NCBI GenBank assembly: GCA_045627205.1
Contig: JAZQNG010000064.1
Coordinates: forward strand, 2,573 to 66,572
Origin: Lachnospiraceae bacterium
GTDB taxonomy: Bacteria; Bacillota; Clostridia; Lachnospirales; Lachnospiraceae
Direction: 5' to 3'
DNA length: 64,000 bases
Below the pieces are notes generated by a model. The model worked only from the letters and a program-made list of their open reading frames with translations, was not told where the DNA came from and did no database searches. Made by a program: the position numbers and the translations under genes. The number at the start of each line of letters is the position of its first letter. Position 1 is the stretch's first letter. Below are positions 51,901-61,482 of the stretch, piece by piece.

Positions 51901-53073
51901 GTGGAAGCTTATCTTGATAATGCTGCAACGACTCGTACAAGTGACCGTGTTGCAGAAATAGTAAAACAGACGATGTCCGTTGATTACGGAAATCCCTCAT
52001 CTAAGCACAATAAGGGCTTTGAGGCAGAGCAGTATATTAAAAATGCAACAGGTATAATTGCTGATTCCTTAAAGGTTGGTCCGAAGGAAATTATTTTCAC
52101 CTCAGGCGGAACTGAATCGAATAATATGGCCCTTATAGGTGCGGCGCTTGCCAATAAAAGAAGCGGAAACCATATTATTGCGTCAGGTTTTGAACATGCT
52201 TCAGTATATAATCCGCTTTTATCGCTTGAGGATTTTGGCTTTAAGATTGATTTTGCACCTGTAGATAATATGGGACACATTATAATTGATGAGCTGCTTC
52301 GATTAATGAAGGACGATACAATTCTTGTTTCGATAATGTATGTAAACAATGAAATAGGTGCTGTTCAGGATATCGAGGCTATTTCAAGTGCAATCAAAGG
52401 GAAAAAAAGCAATGTGATTTTTCATGTTGATGCAATTCAGGCCTTCGGCAAATATAAAATATATCCGAAAAAACTCGGGATAGACATGCTGAGTGTAAGT
52501 GGACACAAGATAAACGGACCGAAGGGAAGCGGTTTTCTGTATGTCGATGAAGGGGTTAAGCTTCGTCCTCTTATATTTGGAGGAGGACAGCAGAAAAACA
52601 GACGTTCCGGAACCGAAAATGTTCCTGCCATCGCCGGTCTTGGAGAGGCCGTTAAGGAATTCTATGAAAATCATCAGGAGAAAATGAACCGTATTTTCGA
52701 TTTAAAGAAACATTTTCTTGAAAGAATTTCCGAAATTCCCGGTACGCATGTAAACGGTGTTCCGTTTGAAGGGGAATGGCTGATAAGGGAGACAGCACCA
52801 CATATAGTGAGTATAAGCTTTGAAAAAATAAAGGCTGAGGTACTTCTTCATGCACTTGAGGAAAAAGGTATATGCGTATCCTCAGGTTCGGCCTGCTCCT
52901 CAAATCATCCCGGCATAAGCTCGACACTTAAGGCTGTCGGAGTAAAAAAGGAGCTCCTTGATTCCACCTTAAGATTCAGCTTCGGAGTAAATACTTCGAT
53001 TGAAGAAATAGATTATTGTATTGACTGTTTAAAGGAGCTTGTTCCTGTATATTCAAGATTTTCCAGAAGATAA
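51901..53073 (+). CDS. cysteine desulfurase (NifS/IscS type), partner of ThiI
   Basis: GTG 51901 lies 6 nt after AAAGGA (the ORF is open from 51868). Contains YLDNAATT, the PLP-Lys motif SGHKINGPKG, and the active-site Cys loop SSGSACSS. Confidence 0.85.
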   Translation: MEAYLDNAATTRTSDRVAEIVKQTMSVDYGNPSSKHNKGFEAEQYIKNATGIIADSLKVGPKEIIFTSGGTESNNMALIGAALANKRSGNHIIASGFEHASVYNPLLSLEDFGFKIDFAPVDNMGHIIIDELLRLMKDDTILVSIMYVNNEIGAVQDIEAISSAIKGKKSNVIFHVDAIQAFGKYKIYPKKLGIDMLSVSGHKINGPKGSGFLYVDEGVKLRPLIFGGGQQKNRRSGTENVPAIAGLGEAVKEFYENHQEKMNRIFDLKKHFLERISEIPGTHVNGVPFEGEWLIRETAPHIVSISFEKIKAEVLLHALEEKGICVSSGSACSSNHPGISSTLKAVGVKKELLDSTLRFSFGVNTSIEEIDYCIDCLKELVPVYSRFSRR

Positions 53074-53107
53074 ACAGCAGATTCTGATGAAAGGAATGGT
53101 AATTAGA

Positions 53108-54286
53108 ATGATTTATAAAGCCTTTTTGGTTAAGTATGCGGAAATCGGTATTAAAGGAAAAAACCGTTATGTATTTGAGGATGCCCTTTGCGACAGATTA
53201 GCAGAAAAGCTTGCAAAGGTTGCAGACGGCTTTACTGTCGAAAGGGAGCAGGGAAGACTAAAGGTAATGTGTCCCGATGAGTACGATTTTGATGAAGCTG
53301 TTGCTCAGATGAAGACCGTTTTCGGTGTATGGGAAATCTGTCCTGCGGTTGTAATTGAGGATGCTACCTGGGACAACCTTACCGGACGTGTTGGAGATTA
53401 TGTCGGACAGCGCTATGGAAATGAGGAAATTACCTTCAAGGTAGAAGCAAGACGTTCAGATAAATCTTACCCGATGCAGTCTCCTGAAATTGCCTGTGAG
53501 ATGGGCGGATACCTGCTTGACAGATTTGATAATCTGAAGGTTGATGTTCATAATCCTAAGGTTAAGCTTTATGTTGAAATCCGAAATATGGCTTATGTAT
53601 ATTCGGAATCAATCAAAGGACTTGGTGGTATGCCTCTTGGCGCAAACGGTCATGCCATGCTTCTGCTTTCAGGCGGAATTGACAGTCCTGTTGCCGGCTA
53701 TATGGTTGCAAAAAGAGGAGTTATCATTGATGCTGTTTATTTTCATGCACCGCCCTATACAAGTGAGCGTGCAAAGCAGAAGGTTGTTGACCTTGCGAAG
53801 CTTATAAGTGTTTATACAGGACATATAAGGCTTCACGTTGTCAATTTTACCGATGTACAGCTTGCAATCATTGATAAATGTCCCAGAGAAGAACTTACTA
53901 TCATAATGAGAAGATATATGATGCGTATTGCAGAGCATTTTGCAGAAGAACTGAAATGTCAGGCACTTATTACCGGTGAATCAATCGGACAGGTTGCAAG
54001 CCAGACGCCTCAGAGCCTTTTATGTACAAATGCTGTTTGCAGGCTTCCTGTATACAGGCCGCTTATTGCATTTGATAAGCAGGATATTGTTGATATTGCG
54101 GAAAAGATTAACACATATGAGACATCTATCGAGCCCTATGAAGACTGCTGTACGATATTTGTTGCGAAGCATCCTGTTACAAAGCCATATTTAAATATTA
54201 TTGAGCGCTCTGAAAGACGGCTTGAGGGTGTAATAGAAGAGCTTGTACAAAAGGCAATTGAAACAGTGGAGATTATTGAAATCTGA
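53108..54286 (+). CDS. thiI: tRNA 4-thiouridine(8) synthase ThiI (no rhodanese domain)
   Basis: Start ATG 53108 gives MIYKAFLVKYAEIGIKGKNR. The PP-loop is LLSGGIDSPVA. Confidence 0.9.
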   Translation: MIYKAFLVKYAEIGIKGKNRYVFEDALCDRLAEKLAKVADGFTVEREQGRLKVMCPDEYDFDEAVAQMKTVFGVWEICPAVVIEDATWDNLTGRVGDYVGQRYGNEEITFKVEARRSDKSYPMQSPEIACEMGGYLLDRFDNLKVDVHNPKVKLYVEIRNMAYVYSESIKGLGGMPLGANGHAMLLLSGGIDSPVAGYMVAKRGVIIDAVYFHAPPYTSERAKQKVVDLAKLISVYTGHIRLHVVNFTDVQLAIIDKCPREELTIIMRRYMMRIAEHFAEELKCQALITGESIGQVASQTPQSLLCTNAVCRLPVYRPLIAFDKQDIVDIAEKINTYETSIEPYEDCCTIFVAKHPVTKPYLNIIERSERRLEGVIEELVQKAIETVEIIEI

Positions 54287-54297
54287 ATTTAGTGTAA

Positions 54298-54335
54298 ACA
54301 AAAACACCCGGTCAGATGACCGGGTGTTTATTTCA
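54298..54335. terminator. bidirectional rho-independent terminator
   Basis: AACACCCGGTC-AGAT-GACCGGGTGTT (54303-54328) is flanked by an A-run and TTATTTC. It sits between the convergent thiI and HPr-like genes. Confidence 0.75.
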
Positions 54336-54366
54336 GAAATACTTCTGATGATAGAAGTCGTGAAAA

Positions 54367-54600
54367 TTATCCGATGATATAGCTCTTTAAGCTTTCAAGA
54401 ATGTTTTCAACGTCATCCTCTGAATGGATGTTAAGCTCGATAGGCTTTGAAAGATCAAGTGAGAAGATACCCATGATTGACTTTGCGTCAATTACATATC
54501 TGCCTGATACAAGATCAAAATCTGAATCGAATTTAGTTACTGTGTTTACAAATGACTTAACTGCATCAATTGAATTTAAGCTGATTTTTACTGTTTTCAT
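54367..54600 (-). CDS. HPr-fold protein lacking the His15 phosphorylation site (Crh-like)
   Basis: 77 aa. VTKFDSDFDLVSGRYVIDAKSIMGIFSL aligns with the HPr region ASKFxSDIxLxxxGKxVNxKSIMGVMSL (Ser46 context is kept). The N-terminal GIHARPA motif is replaced by NSIDAVKS. Confidence 0.75.
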   Translation of the reverse strand: MKTVKISLNSIDAVKSFVNTVTKFDSDFDLVSGRYVIDAKSIMGIFSLDLSKPIELNIHSEDDVENILESLKSYIIG

Positions 54601-54816
54601 AGTTTTAACCCCTTTCGAAATGAAAATATTTATAATTTGTTACATCAAATTATCTTGTTTACATTAATGAGTATATAGGTTTGCCCAGTAAAAGTCAATA
54701 TACAGAACAGACAAACTTTTTATGTGATGTATTTAATGTGTATAATCAATATATACTAAATAAATAGTTATATTTTATATTTCTTGTGCATTTTTGATGA
54801 AAGGTAATTTTGTTAT

Positions 54817-56142
54817 ATGAATAATGCTAAGGTTGGTATATTATCTCTTGGATGTAAGGTTAATTCCTGTGAATCTGAACAGATTCGTGAGGAGCTTCTG
54901 AAAAACGGGTTCGAAATTGTGGATTTTGAACAGTCTGCAGATATTTATGTGATAAATACCTGCTCTGTTACAAATATCGCTGACCGTAAATCACGCCAGA
55001 TGCTTCATAAGGCAAGAAAACAGAACCCGGATGCCCTGATTGTTGCTACAGGCTGTTACGCACAGGTTGGGGGCGAAAAGCTTCTTTCGGAGGGAGATGC
55101 TGATATTGTAATCGGAAATAACCATAAGGGTGCTGTATCAGAGGCTGTTATTAAATATCTTAAGGATAAGGAGGCTTTATGTCTTGTAGACAAAATTGCC
55201 GAAGAAAAGTGTTTTGAGGAAATGTTTCTTGAAACCTATCCCGAAAAATCCCGTGCTTTTGTTAAAATAGAGGATGGCTGTAATCAGTTCTGTGCGTACT
55301 GCATAATACCCTATGCAAGGGGAAGAGTACGTTCAAGGGATATGGAGAGCATTATAAATGAGGTTGAAAACCTTGCCCAAAACGGCTTTAAGGAGATAGT
55401 GCTTACAGGAATACATCTTTCCAGCTATGGTAATATGAACTATGAAAAGGCAGATAACAAAAACAATACACTGCTTGCTCTAATCAGACGTTTATCTGTT
55501 ATAAATGGTATTGAACGAATAAGACTGGGTTCACTTGAACCACGTATCATTACAACTGATTTTGCAAAGGCACTTTCTGAAATTCCAAATTTCTGTCCTC
55601 ATTTTCATCTGTCACTTCAAAGTGGCTGTGATACTGTTTTGAAAAGAATGAACAGGCATTATTCCGCAGATGAATTTTTGGAAAAATGTGATATTTTACG
55701 CAGTGTATTTGACAGACCTGCAATTACTACAGATGTTATTGTCGGCTTTCCCGGTGAAACCGAGGAAGAATTTAATGAATCAAGGAATATGCTTGAACGG
55801 GCTGCATTCAGTAAAATGCATATATTTAAATATTCACGCAGGGCGGGCACGATTGCTGATAAAATGAAAAACCAGCTGACTGAAAAAATCAAGCATGAAA
55901 GAAGCAGACAGCTTGGTGAGCTGGATGATAAAATGCATTATGCTTATAATTCATCCTTTGTCGGTCAGGCTGAGCGTGTTTTGATAGAGGAAGAAAAGAA
56001 TGGAAGGTACAGCGGTCTTACTACACGTTATGTTAATGTATTAATAAATTTCAAAGCAGCTTCATTAAGCATTAATTCAATTGTTGATGTCAGGATTGTT
56101 TCGATAAGCGATGATGGTACTCTGATAGCGGAATTACTTTGA
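54817..56142 (+). CDS. mtaB: MiaB-like methylthiotransferase, MtaB type
   Basis: The N-terminal UPF0004 domain carries Cys residues (LGCKVN, NTCSV, TGCYAQ). The radical SAM motif is CNQFCAYCIIP. A C-terminal TRAM-like region is present. Confidence 0.85.
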   Translation: MNNAKVGILSLGCKVNSCESEQIREELLKNGFEIVDFEQSADIYVINTCSVTNIADRKSRQMLHKARKQNPDALIVATGCYAQVGGEKLLSEGDADIVIGNNHKGAVSEAVIKYLKDKEALCLVDKIAEEKCFEEMFLETYPEKSRAFVKIEDGCNQFCAYCIIPYARGRVRSRDMESIINEVENLAQNGFKEIVLTGIHLSSYGNMNYEKADNKNNTLLALIRRLSVINGIERIRLGSLEPRIITTDFAKALSEIPNFCPHFHLSLQSGCDTVLKRMNRHYSADEFLEKCDILRSVFDRPAITTDVIVGFPGETEEEFNESRNMLERAAFSKMHIFKYSRRAGTIADKMKNQLTEKIKHERSRQLGELDDKMHYAYNSSFVGQAERVLIEEEKNGRYSGLTTRYVNVLINFKAASLSINSIVDVRIVSISDDGTLIAELL

Positions 56143-56309
56143 CAATCAACTGTGTTTTTAAATGATTTTTAATAATTTTTATTTGTTTTTTGCAGACCTG
56201 TTTAAATTATGTTGAACTTTATTTATTTTTGAAGTATAATTAAACGATGACTAATGGTCATCTGCGGAGCATAACCCGTAAAACAGTTGTGCAGAATAGG
56301 GGATTTACA

Positions 56310-56570
56310 ATGGAAAACAGAGGCGATACTCAATACTTCAGACCTGTGAAGGATCAGGAAAATTTAGTAAAGGATACAATTGCGGATGTATACAGGGCTC
56401 TCAACGAAAAGGGCTACAATCCTGTAAGCCAGATTGTCGGATATATCATGTCCGGGGATCCTACATATATTACAAGCCATGATGGGGCAAGAAGCAAGAT
56501 AATGTATGTAGAAAGAGACGAGATTATAGAGGAGCTGCTGAAGGGATACATCAGACAGAATTTTAAATAA
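56310..56570 (+). CDS. IreB/UPF0297 family regulatory phosphoprotein (Bacillus YrzL type)
   Basis: Start ATG 56310 follows AGGGGA. Contains [28 protein letters not shown]. Confidence 0.8.
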   Translation: MENRGDTQYFRPVKDQENLVKDTIADVYRALNEKGYNPVSQIVGYIMSGDPTYITSHDGARSKIMYVERDEIIEELLKGYIRQNFK

Positions 56571-57016
56571 TGGGAAAACGGATTATGGGGCTCGACTTCG
56601 GAGCCATGACCTGCGGAGTTGCTGTGAGTGATGAACTGCTTATTACAGCACAGGGAATTGAAACAATCAGAAGGACTCATGAAAACAAGCTTCGTAAGAC
56701 GCTTGCAAGGATTGAAGAGCTTATTGTAGAATACGATATTGACAAAATTGTTCTCGGACTTCCGAAAAAGCTTGACGGTTCTGAAGGCGACAGAGCAGAA
56801 AAATCACGTGAATTTAAGGATGACCTGGAAAGACGTACAGGTCTTGAGGTTGTGCTTTGGGATGAGCGGCTTACCACTGTTGAGGCACACAGAGCCCTCG
56901 ACGAGGCAGGAATGAGCCTTGAAGACAAGAATAAGGTTGTTGATAAGATTGCTGCAGTTATTATCCTTCGCAGCTATCTTGATTATCTTTCCAACAGCAG
57001 ACAGAACCAGGTCTGA
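56570..57016 (+). CDS. ruvX: Holliday junction resolvase-like RuvX (YqgF)
   Basis: TAATG overlap with the upstream gene. Contains [24 protein letters not shown] and [11 protein letters not shown]. Confidence 0.9.
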   Translation: MGKRIMGLDFGAMTCGVAVSDELLITAQGIETIRRTHENKLRKTLARIEELIVEYDIDKIVLGLPKKLDGSEGDRAEKSREFKDDLERRTGLEVVLWDERLTTVEAHRALDEAGMSLEDKNKVVDKIAAVIILRSYLDYLSNSRQNQV

Positions 57017-57038
57017 TAAATCAGGAACGGAGATTATC

Positions 57039-57323
57039 ATGGATAATAAAGAAAAGGATACAAAGATTAAATTTACACTTGATGACGGTATTTCAATAGA
57101 CCTTTATCCGGTAGCCGACACCAAACTGAATGGTGTTAATTATGTACTTGTAGCAGACAGCGAATCCGGCGAGAGCAATGCTTTCATTTTAAAGGAGGTT
57201 CATTCTACAGATAATGAACTTGCATATGAGCTTGTTGATGACGATGTGGAGCTTAATGCAGTAGGTGATATTTTTAACGAGCTTCTTGACGATGTCGATA
57301 TAGTACCGGAAGATAATAAATAA
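57039..57323 (+). CDS. DUF1292-family protein (Bacillus YrzB type)
   Basis: Start ATG 57039. Small acidic protein (DLYPVADTKLNGVNYVLVADSESGESNAFILKEV). It occupies the conserved position after ruvX. Confidence 0.8.
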   Translation: MDNKEKDTKIKFTLDDGISIDLYPVADTKLNGVNYVLVADSESGESNAFILKEVHSTDNELAYELVDDDVELNAVGDIFNELLDDVDIVPEDNK

Positions 57324-57329
57324 GAACAT

Positions 57330-59012
57330 ATGGAAATAAAAACAAATAATATAGAGTTTGATGAACCATCTGTTAAAATCATTCCGCTTGGCGGTCTTGA
57401 ACAGATAGGTATGAATATTACAGCATTTGAATATGGGGATTCCATTATTGTTGTCGACTGTGGAATAGCCTTTCCCGAGGATGAAATGCTGGGCGTAGAT
57501 CTGGTTATTCCGGATGTTACCTACTTAAAGGAAAATATAGACAAGGTAAAGGGCTTCTTTATTACACACGGACACGAGGACCATATCGGTGCCCTTCCGT
57601 ATGTTTTAAAGGATATTTGTGTGCCTGTTTATGGAACCTGTCTTACAATCGCACTTATTGAAAATAAACTCAAGGAGCATATAATGCCGAAAAAGGTTCG
57701 TCTGAAGACCATGAAATACGGTCAGAACGTGAATGTCGGCGATTTCAGGATTGAGTTTATCAGAACAAATCACAGTATTGCAGATGCTGCGGCCCTTGCT
57801 ATCCATACACCGGCGGGAGTCATTGTGCATACAGGCGATTTTAAGGTTGATTATACACCGGTTTACGGTGAGACGATAGATCTCTGCAGATTTGCTGAGC
57901 TTGGTAAAAAGGGTGTACTTGCATTAATGTGCGATAGTACAAATGTACAGCGTCCTGGCTTTACCATGTCAGAAAAAACAGTCGGAAAAACCTTTGATTC
58001 AATATTTATGGAGAATTCCACAAATAGAATTATTGTTGCTACTTTTTCGACAAATGTTGACCGTGTTCAGCAGATTATTAATTCAGCTGAAAAATATGGC
58101 CGTAAGGTAATAATTGAAGGCCGCAGTATGGTTAATGTGATTACTACGGCTTGCGACCTTGGCTATATTACCGTAAAGGAAGATACTATTATTCCTATTG
58201 AGCAGATGAAGAGCTATCCTGAGGATAAGCTTGTGCTGATTACTACCGGAAGCCAGGGCGAGGCTATGGCTGCTCTTTCGAGGATGGCTGCCAATATCCA
58301 CAAAAAGGTTACTATTGTTCCGGGAGATGTTGTTATATTCAGTTCTTCAGCGATTCCCGGTAATGAAAAAAATATTTTTAAGGTAATCAATGAGCTTTCA
58401 ATGATCGGAGCGAAGGTTATTTTCCAGGATGCACATGTTTCAGGACATGCATGTCAGGAGGAAATTAAGCTGATATACTCGCTTGTTAAGCCGCAGTATG
58501 CAATTCCCCTTCATGGAGAATACCGGTTCCTTGTTACTCATAAGGAGCTCGCTATCAGCATGGGGCTTGAAAAGGATAATGTGTTTATTCTGTCCTCGGG
58601 CGATGTACTTGAGCTTTCGAAGAATCATGCCGCACTTGTAGATAAGGTTAAGGTCGGTGCTCTGATGGTTGATGGCCTTGGAGTCGGTGATGTCGGCAAT
58701 ATTGTACTTCGTGACAGACAGCAGCTTTCTGAAAGCGGGCTTATCATTGTTGCATTATCTATTGACGGAGCAACCGGAGAAATAGTAGCCGGTCCGGATA
58801 TTATTTCCAAGGGCTTTGTTTATGTTAAGGAATCAGAGGAGCTGCTTGAGGAGCTCGAAGAGCAGGTTATTGCCACTATCGATTTGATTTGTGAGCGCGG
58901 AATTTCAGACTGGAATAAGATGAAATCACTTATACGCGACAGCCTTGCGGATTATCTTTGGAAGAGAATGAAGAGAAGACCGGTTATCATGCCGGTATTT
59001 ATGGAGGTTTAA
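57330..59012 (+). CDS. rnj: ribonuclease J
   Basis: 560 aa. The beta-lactamase motif is ITHGHEDHIG; beta-CASP and C-terminal domains are present. Begins IIPLGGLEQIGMNIT. Confidence 0.95.
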   Translation: MEIKTNNIEFDEPSVKIIPLGGLEQIGMNITAFEYGDSIIVVDCGIAFPEDEMLGVDLVIPDVTYLKENIDKVKGFFITHGHEDHIGALPYVLKDICVPVYGTCLTIALIENKLKEHIMPKKVRLKTMKYGQNVNVGDFRIEFIRTNHSIADAAALAIHTPAGVIVHTGDFKVDYTPVYGETIDLCRFAELGKKGVLALMCDSTNVQRPGFTMSEKTVGKTFDSIFMENSTNRIIVATFSTNVDRVQQIINSAEKYGRKVIIEGRSMVNVITTACDLGYITVKEDTIIPIEQMKSYPEDKLVLITTGSQGEAMAALSRMAANIHKKVTIVPGDVVIFSSSAIPGNEKNIFKVINELSMIGAKVIFQDAHVSGHACQEEIKLIYSLVKPQYAIPLHGEYRFLVTHKELAISMGLEKDNVFILSSGDVLELSKNHAALVDKVKVGALMVDGLGVGDVGNIVLRDRQQLSESGLIIVALSIDGATGEIVAGPDIISKGFVYVKESEELLEELEEQVIATIDLICERGISDWNKMKSLIRDSLADYLWKRMKRRPVIMPVFMEV

Positions 59013-59462
59013 ATGGCAACGAAGGCTAAAGGGCAACGGCGTTCTGTCGGCTTGGATGTTCTTTTAAGATTGTCGGGAGGTTTCCTGAAAATATGCCTGA
59101 ATGTGATTATTTACGCCGTTATTATCTTTCTTATATATAAGGGTGCACATTTCTGCTATGATTTTGCCTACAGGGTATTCGGTGATGTTACCATGGAATC
59201 AGGTGAAGGCAGGGTAGTAAAGATTCAGGTTTTAAAGGGTGAGTCCACAATGAATGTGGCCGCAAAGCTCGAAACCAACAAGCTGATTGATAATAAATAC
59301 GCTTTCTTTGTTAAGTGTAAGCTTTATAAGGTTGATATCATTCCGGGAACAAAGACCTTAAATACCAATATGAATTATGATGAGCTGATGGAAAAGCTTA
59401 TGGTTTCCGAAAATCTTGCGGAAATAGAACAGACAGTTGAGGAAGTGGAGTCAGCACCCTAG
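59013..59462 (+). CDS. MltG/YceG-like membrane protein comprising only the N-terminal TM and LysM-like module
   Basis: A TM helix (ICLNVIIYAVIIFLIY) is followed by VKIQVLKGESTMNVAAKLETNKLIDNKYAFFVKCKLY...IIPGTKTLNTNMNYDELMEKL. The ORF ends at 149 aa (TAG 59460-59462), with only 37 nt before the next gene. Confidence 0.6.
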   Translation: MATKAKGQRRSVGLDVLLRLSGGFLKICLNVIIYAVIIFLIYKGAHFCYDFAYRVFGDVTMESGEGRVVKIQVLKGESTMNVAAKLETNKLIDNKYAFFVKCKLYKVDIIPGTKTLNTNMNYDELMEKLMVSENLAEIEQTVEEVESAP

Positions 59463-59499
59463 TGCCGGATTTTGAATCATCAGATTATAAATGTGAGTT

Positions 59500-60165
59500 A
59501 TGATAGTAAATGAACATATTGAAGATTATATAAATTCATTAGGAAACGATATGACGCCGGAGCTGGAAGCTCTTGAACAGTGGGCACTTGAAAACGGTGT
59601 TCCGATTATCAGGAAATCCATGCAGGAACTCTTACGTTTCCTACTTTTAAAGGAAAAGCCGGAGCGAATCCTTGAGATAGGAGCCGCTATCGGCTTCTCT
59701 GCGTTGTTTATGAATGAATTTATCGGCGATAATTCAAGTATTACTACAATAGAAAAGGTTGAAATGCGTCTTGTAAATGCAAGAAAAAATCTTTCAGGTC
59801 ATGATAAAATAAAGCTTTTGGAGGGCGATGCCCTTGAGGTTCTTGAGGAGCTGGTTTCAAAGCAGGAAAAATATGATTTTATTTTTCTTGATGCTGCAAA
59901 GGGGCAGTATATGAATTTTCTTCAAAGCATTAGAAAGCTTCTTATTCCCGGAGGACTACTTGTTACAGACAATGTTTTACTTGAGGGTACTATTGCCGAG
60001 TCTAAATTTTCCGTCGAAAGGCGTGACAGAACTATACACATGCGAATGAGAGAGTATTTATATGAGCTGACTCATTGCAACGATTTTGTGACTACGGTTC
60101 TTCCTGTTGGAGATGGTGTGTCACTATCATGGTATAATAAGGAGAAATTAAATGAAAAAGCCTGA
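59500..60165 (+). CDS. class I SAM-dependent O-methyltransferase (Bacillus YrrM/TrmR type)
   Basis: SAM motif is ILEIGAAIGFSALFM. Also contains FIFLDAAKGQY. Conserved position upstream of the U32 gene. Confidence 0.8.
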   Translation: MIVNEHIEDYINSLGNDMTPELEALEQWALENGVPIIRKSMQELLRFLLLKEKPERILEIGAAIGFSALFMNEFIGDNSSITTIEKVEMRLVNARKNLSGHDKIKLLEGDALEVLEELVSKQEKYDFIFLDAAKGQYMNFLQSIRKLLIPGGLLVTDNVLLEGTIAESKFSVERRDRTIHMRMREYLYELTHCNDFVTTVLPVGDGVSLSWYNKEKLNEKA

Positions 60166-61390
60166 ATTACTTATGCCGGCAGGCAGTCTGGAAATACTGA
60201 AAACCGCCTTTGATTTTGGCGCTGACGCTGTATATCTTGGCGGAGATATGTACGGACTTCGTGCAAAAGCACATAATTTTTCAAATGATGAAATATCAGA
60301 AGGCATTGAATATGCACATAATTCAGGTAAAAAGGTTTATATAACCGTTAATATTACTGCACACAATTATGATATCGAGGGAATAAAGAATTATCTTGGA
60401 GAGCTTGAAAAAATTAGGCCTGACGGACTCATTATTTCCGATCCCGGAGTATTTTCTCTTGCAGGTGAATACGCACCTTCGCTTGAACGTCATATCAGTA
60501 CCCAGGCAAACAATGTAAATTATGAGACCTTTAATTTCTGGTACAGGCTTGGTGCCAAAAGAGTGGTTTCTGCCAGAGAACTATCTCTGAAGGAGATTGG
60601 AGAAATCCGTAAGAATATACCTGAAGACATGGAAATTGAGAGCTTTATTCATGGTGCTATGTGTATATCCTATTCGGGCAGATGTCTTCTCAGTAATTAT
60701 TTTACAGGACGCGATGCAAATCTCGGTGAGTGTACGCATCCCTGCCGATGGAGATATTATCTGATGGAGGAAACACGTCCCGGTGAGTACTGTCCCGTTG
60801 AGGAAAATGAACGTGGAACATATATATTTAATTCAAAGGATTTATGTATGATTGACCATATTCCTGAAATTGTTGAGGCAGGTATTAATTCACTCAAGGT
60901 TGAAGGAAGAATGAAAACAGCCCTTTATGTTGCAACTGTTGCAAGGGCATACCGTAATGCAATTGATACATATTTTGAAAATCCGGAGGAATACCAAAAT
61001 AATATACCTGTTTATTTTGATGAAATAACAAAATGTACCAACAGGCGATTTACTACCGGATTTTACTTCGGAAAGCCGTCTTCTGAGGCACAGGTTTATG
61101 AAAACAGCACCTATGTAAAGGATTTTATCTATCTTGGACGTGTAGATGAGCTCCTTTCCCCCAATTCCTTTACTCTGATTCAGAAGAATAAATTTTATGT
61201 TAATGATATGATAGAAATCCTTTCTCCCGGTAAGCTTGATAAACGTGAGGTCAAGGTTCTGAAAATCACGGATGAACAGGGAAATGAGATGGAAAGCTGT
61301 CCGCATGCCGCACAAAGGCTTATCGTTACACTGAGCAGTGAGGTTCGGAAGGGAGATCTGTTAAGAGTCGGCCCACCTGAACAGGATTAA
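60152..61390 (+). CDS. peptidase U32 family protein (YrrO/TrhP type)
   Basis: Begins MKKPELLMPAG. Contains GADAVYLGG and the E-x-F-x-HGAMC-type motif ESFIHGAMCISYSGRCLLS. 14-nt overlap with the upstream gene. Confidence 0.85.
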   Translation: MKKPELLMPAGSLEILKTAFDFGADAVYLGGDMYGLRAKAHNFSNDEISEGIEYAHNSGKKVYITVNITAHNYDIEGIKNYLGELEKIRPDGLIISDPGVFSLAGEYAPSLERHISTQANNVNYETFNFWYRLGAKRVVSARELSLKEIGEIRKNIPEDMEIESFIHGAMCISYSGRCLLSNYFTGRDANLGECTHPCRWRYYLMEETRPGEYCPVEENERGTYIFNSKDLCMIDHIPEIVEAGINSLKVEGRMKTALYVATVARAYRNAIDTYFENPEEYQNNIPVYFDEITKCTNRRFTTGFYFGKPSSEAQVYENSTYVKDFIYLGRVDELLSPNSFTLIQKNKFYVNDMIEILSPGKLDKREVKVLKITDEQGNEMESCPHAAQRLIVTLSSEVRKGDLLRVGPPEQD

Positions 61391-61482
61391 GAATAATAAG
61401 TTTTTTAAGCATGTATAGAAAGGCAGTCAGTAAAAACCATATTGAGTTTTTTCATACGGCTGTTTGAGGTTCGGTATTTGTT

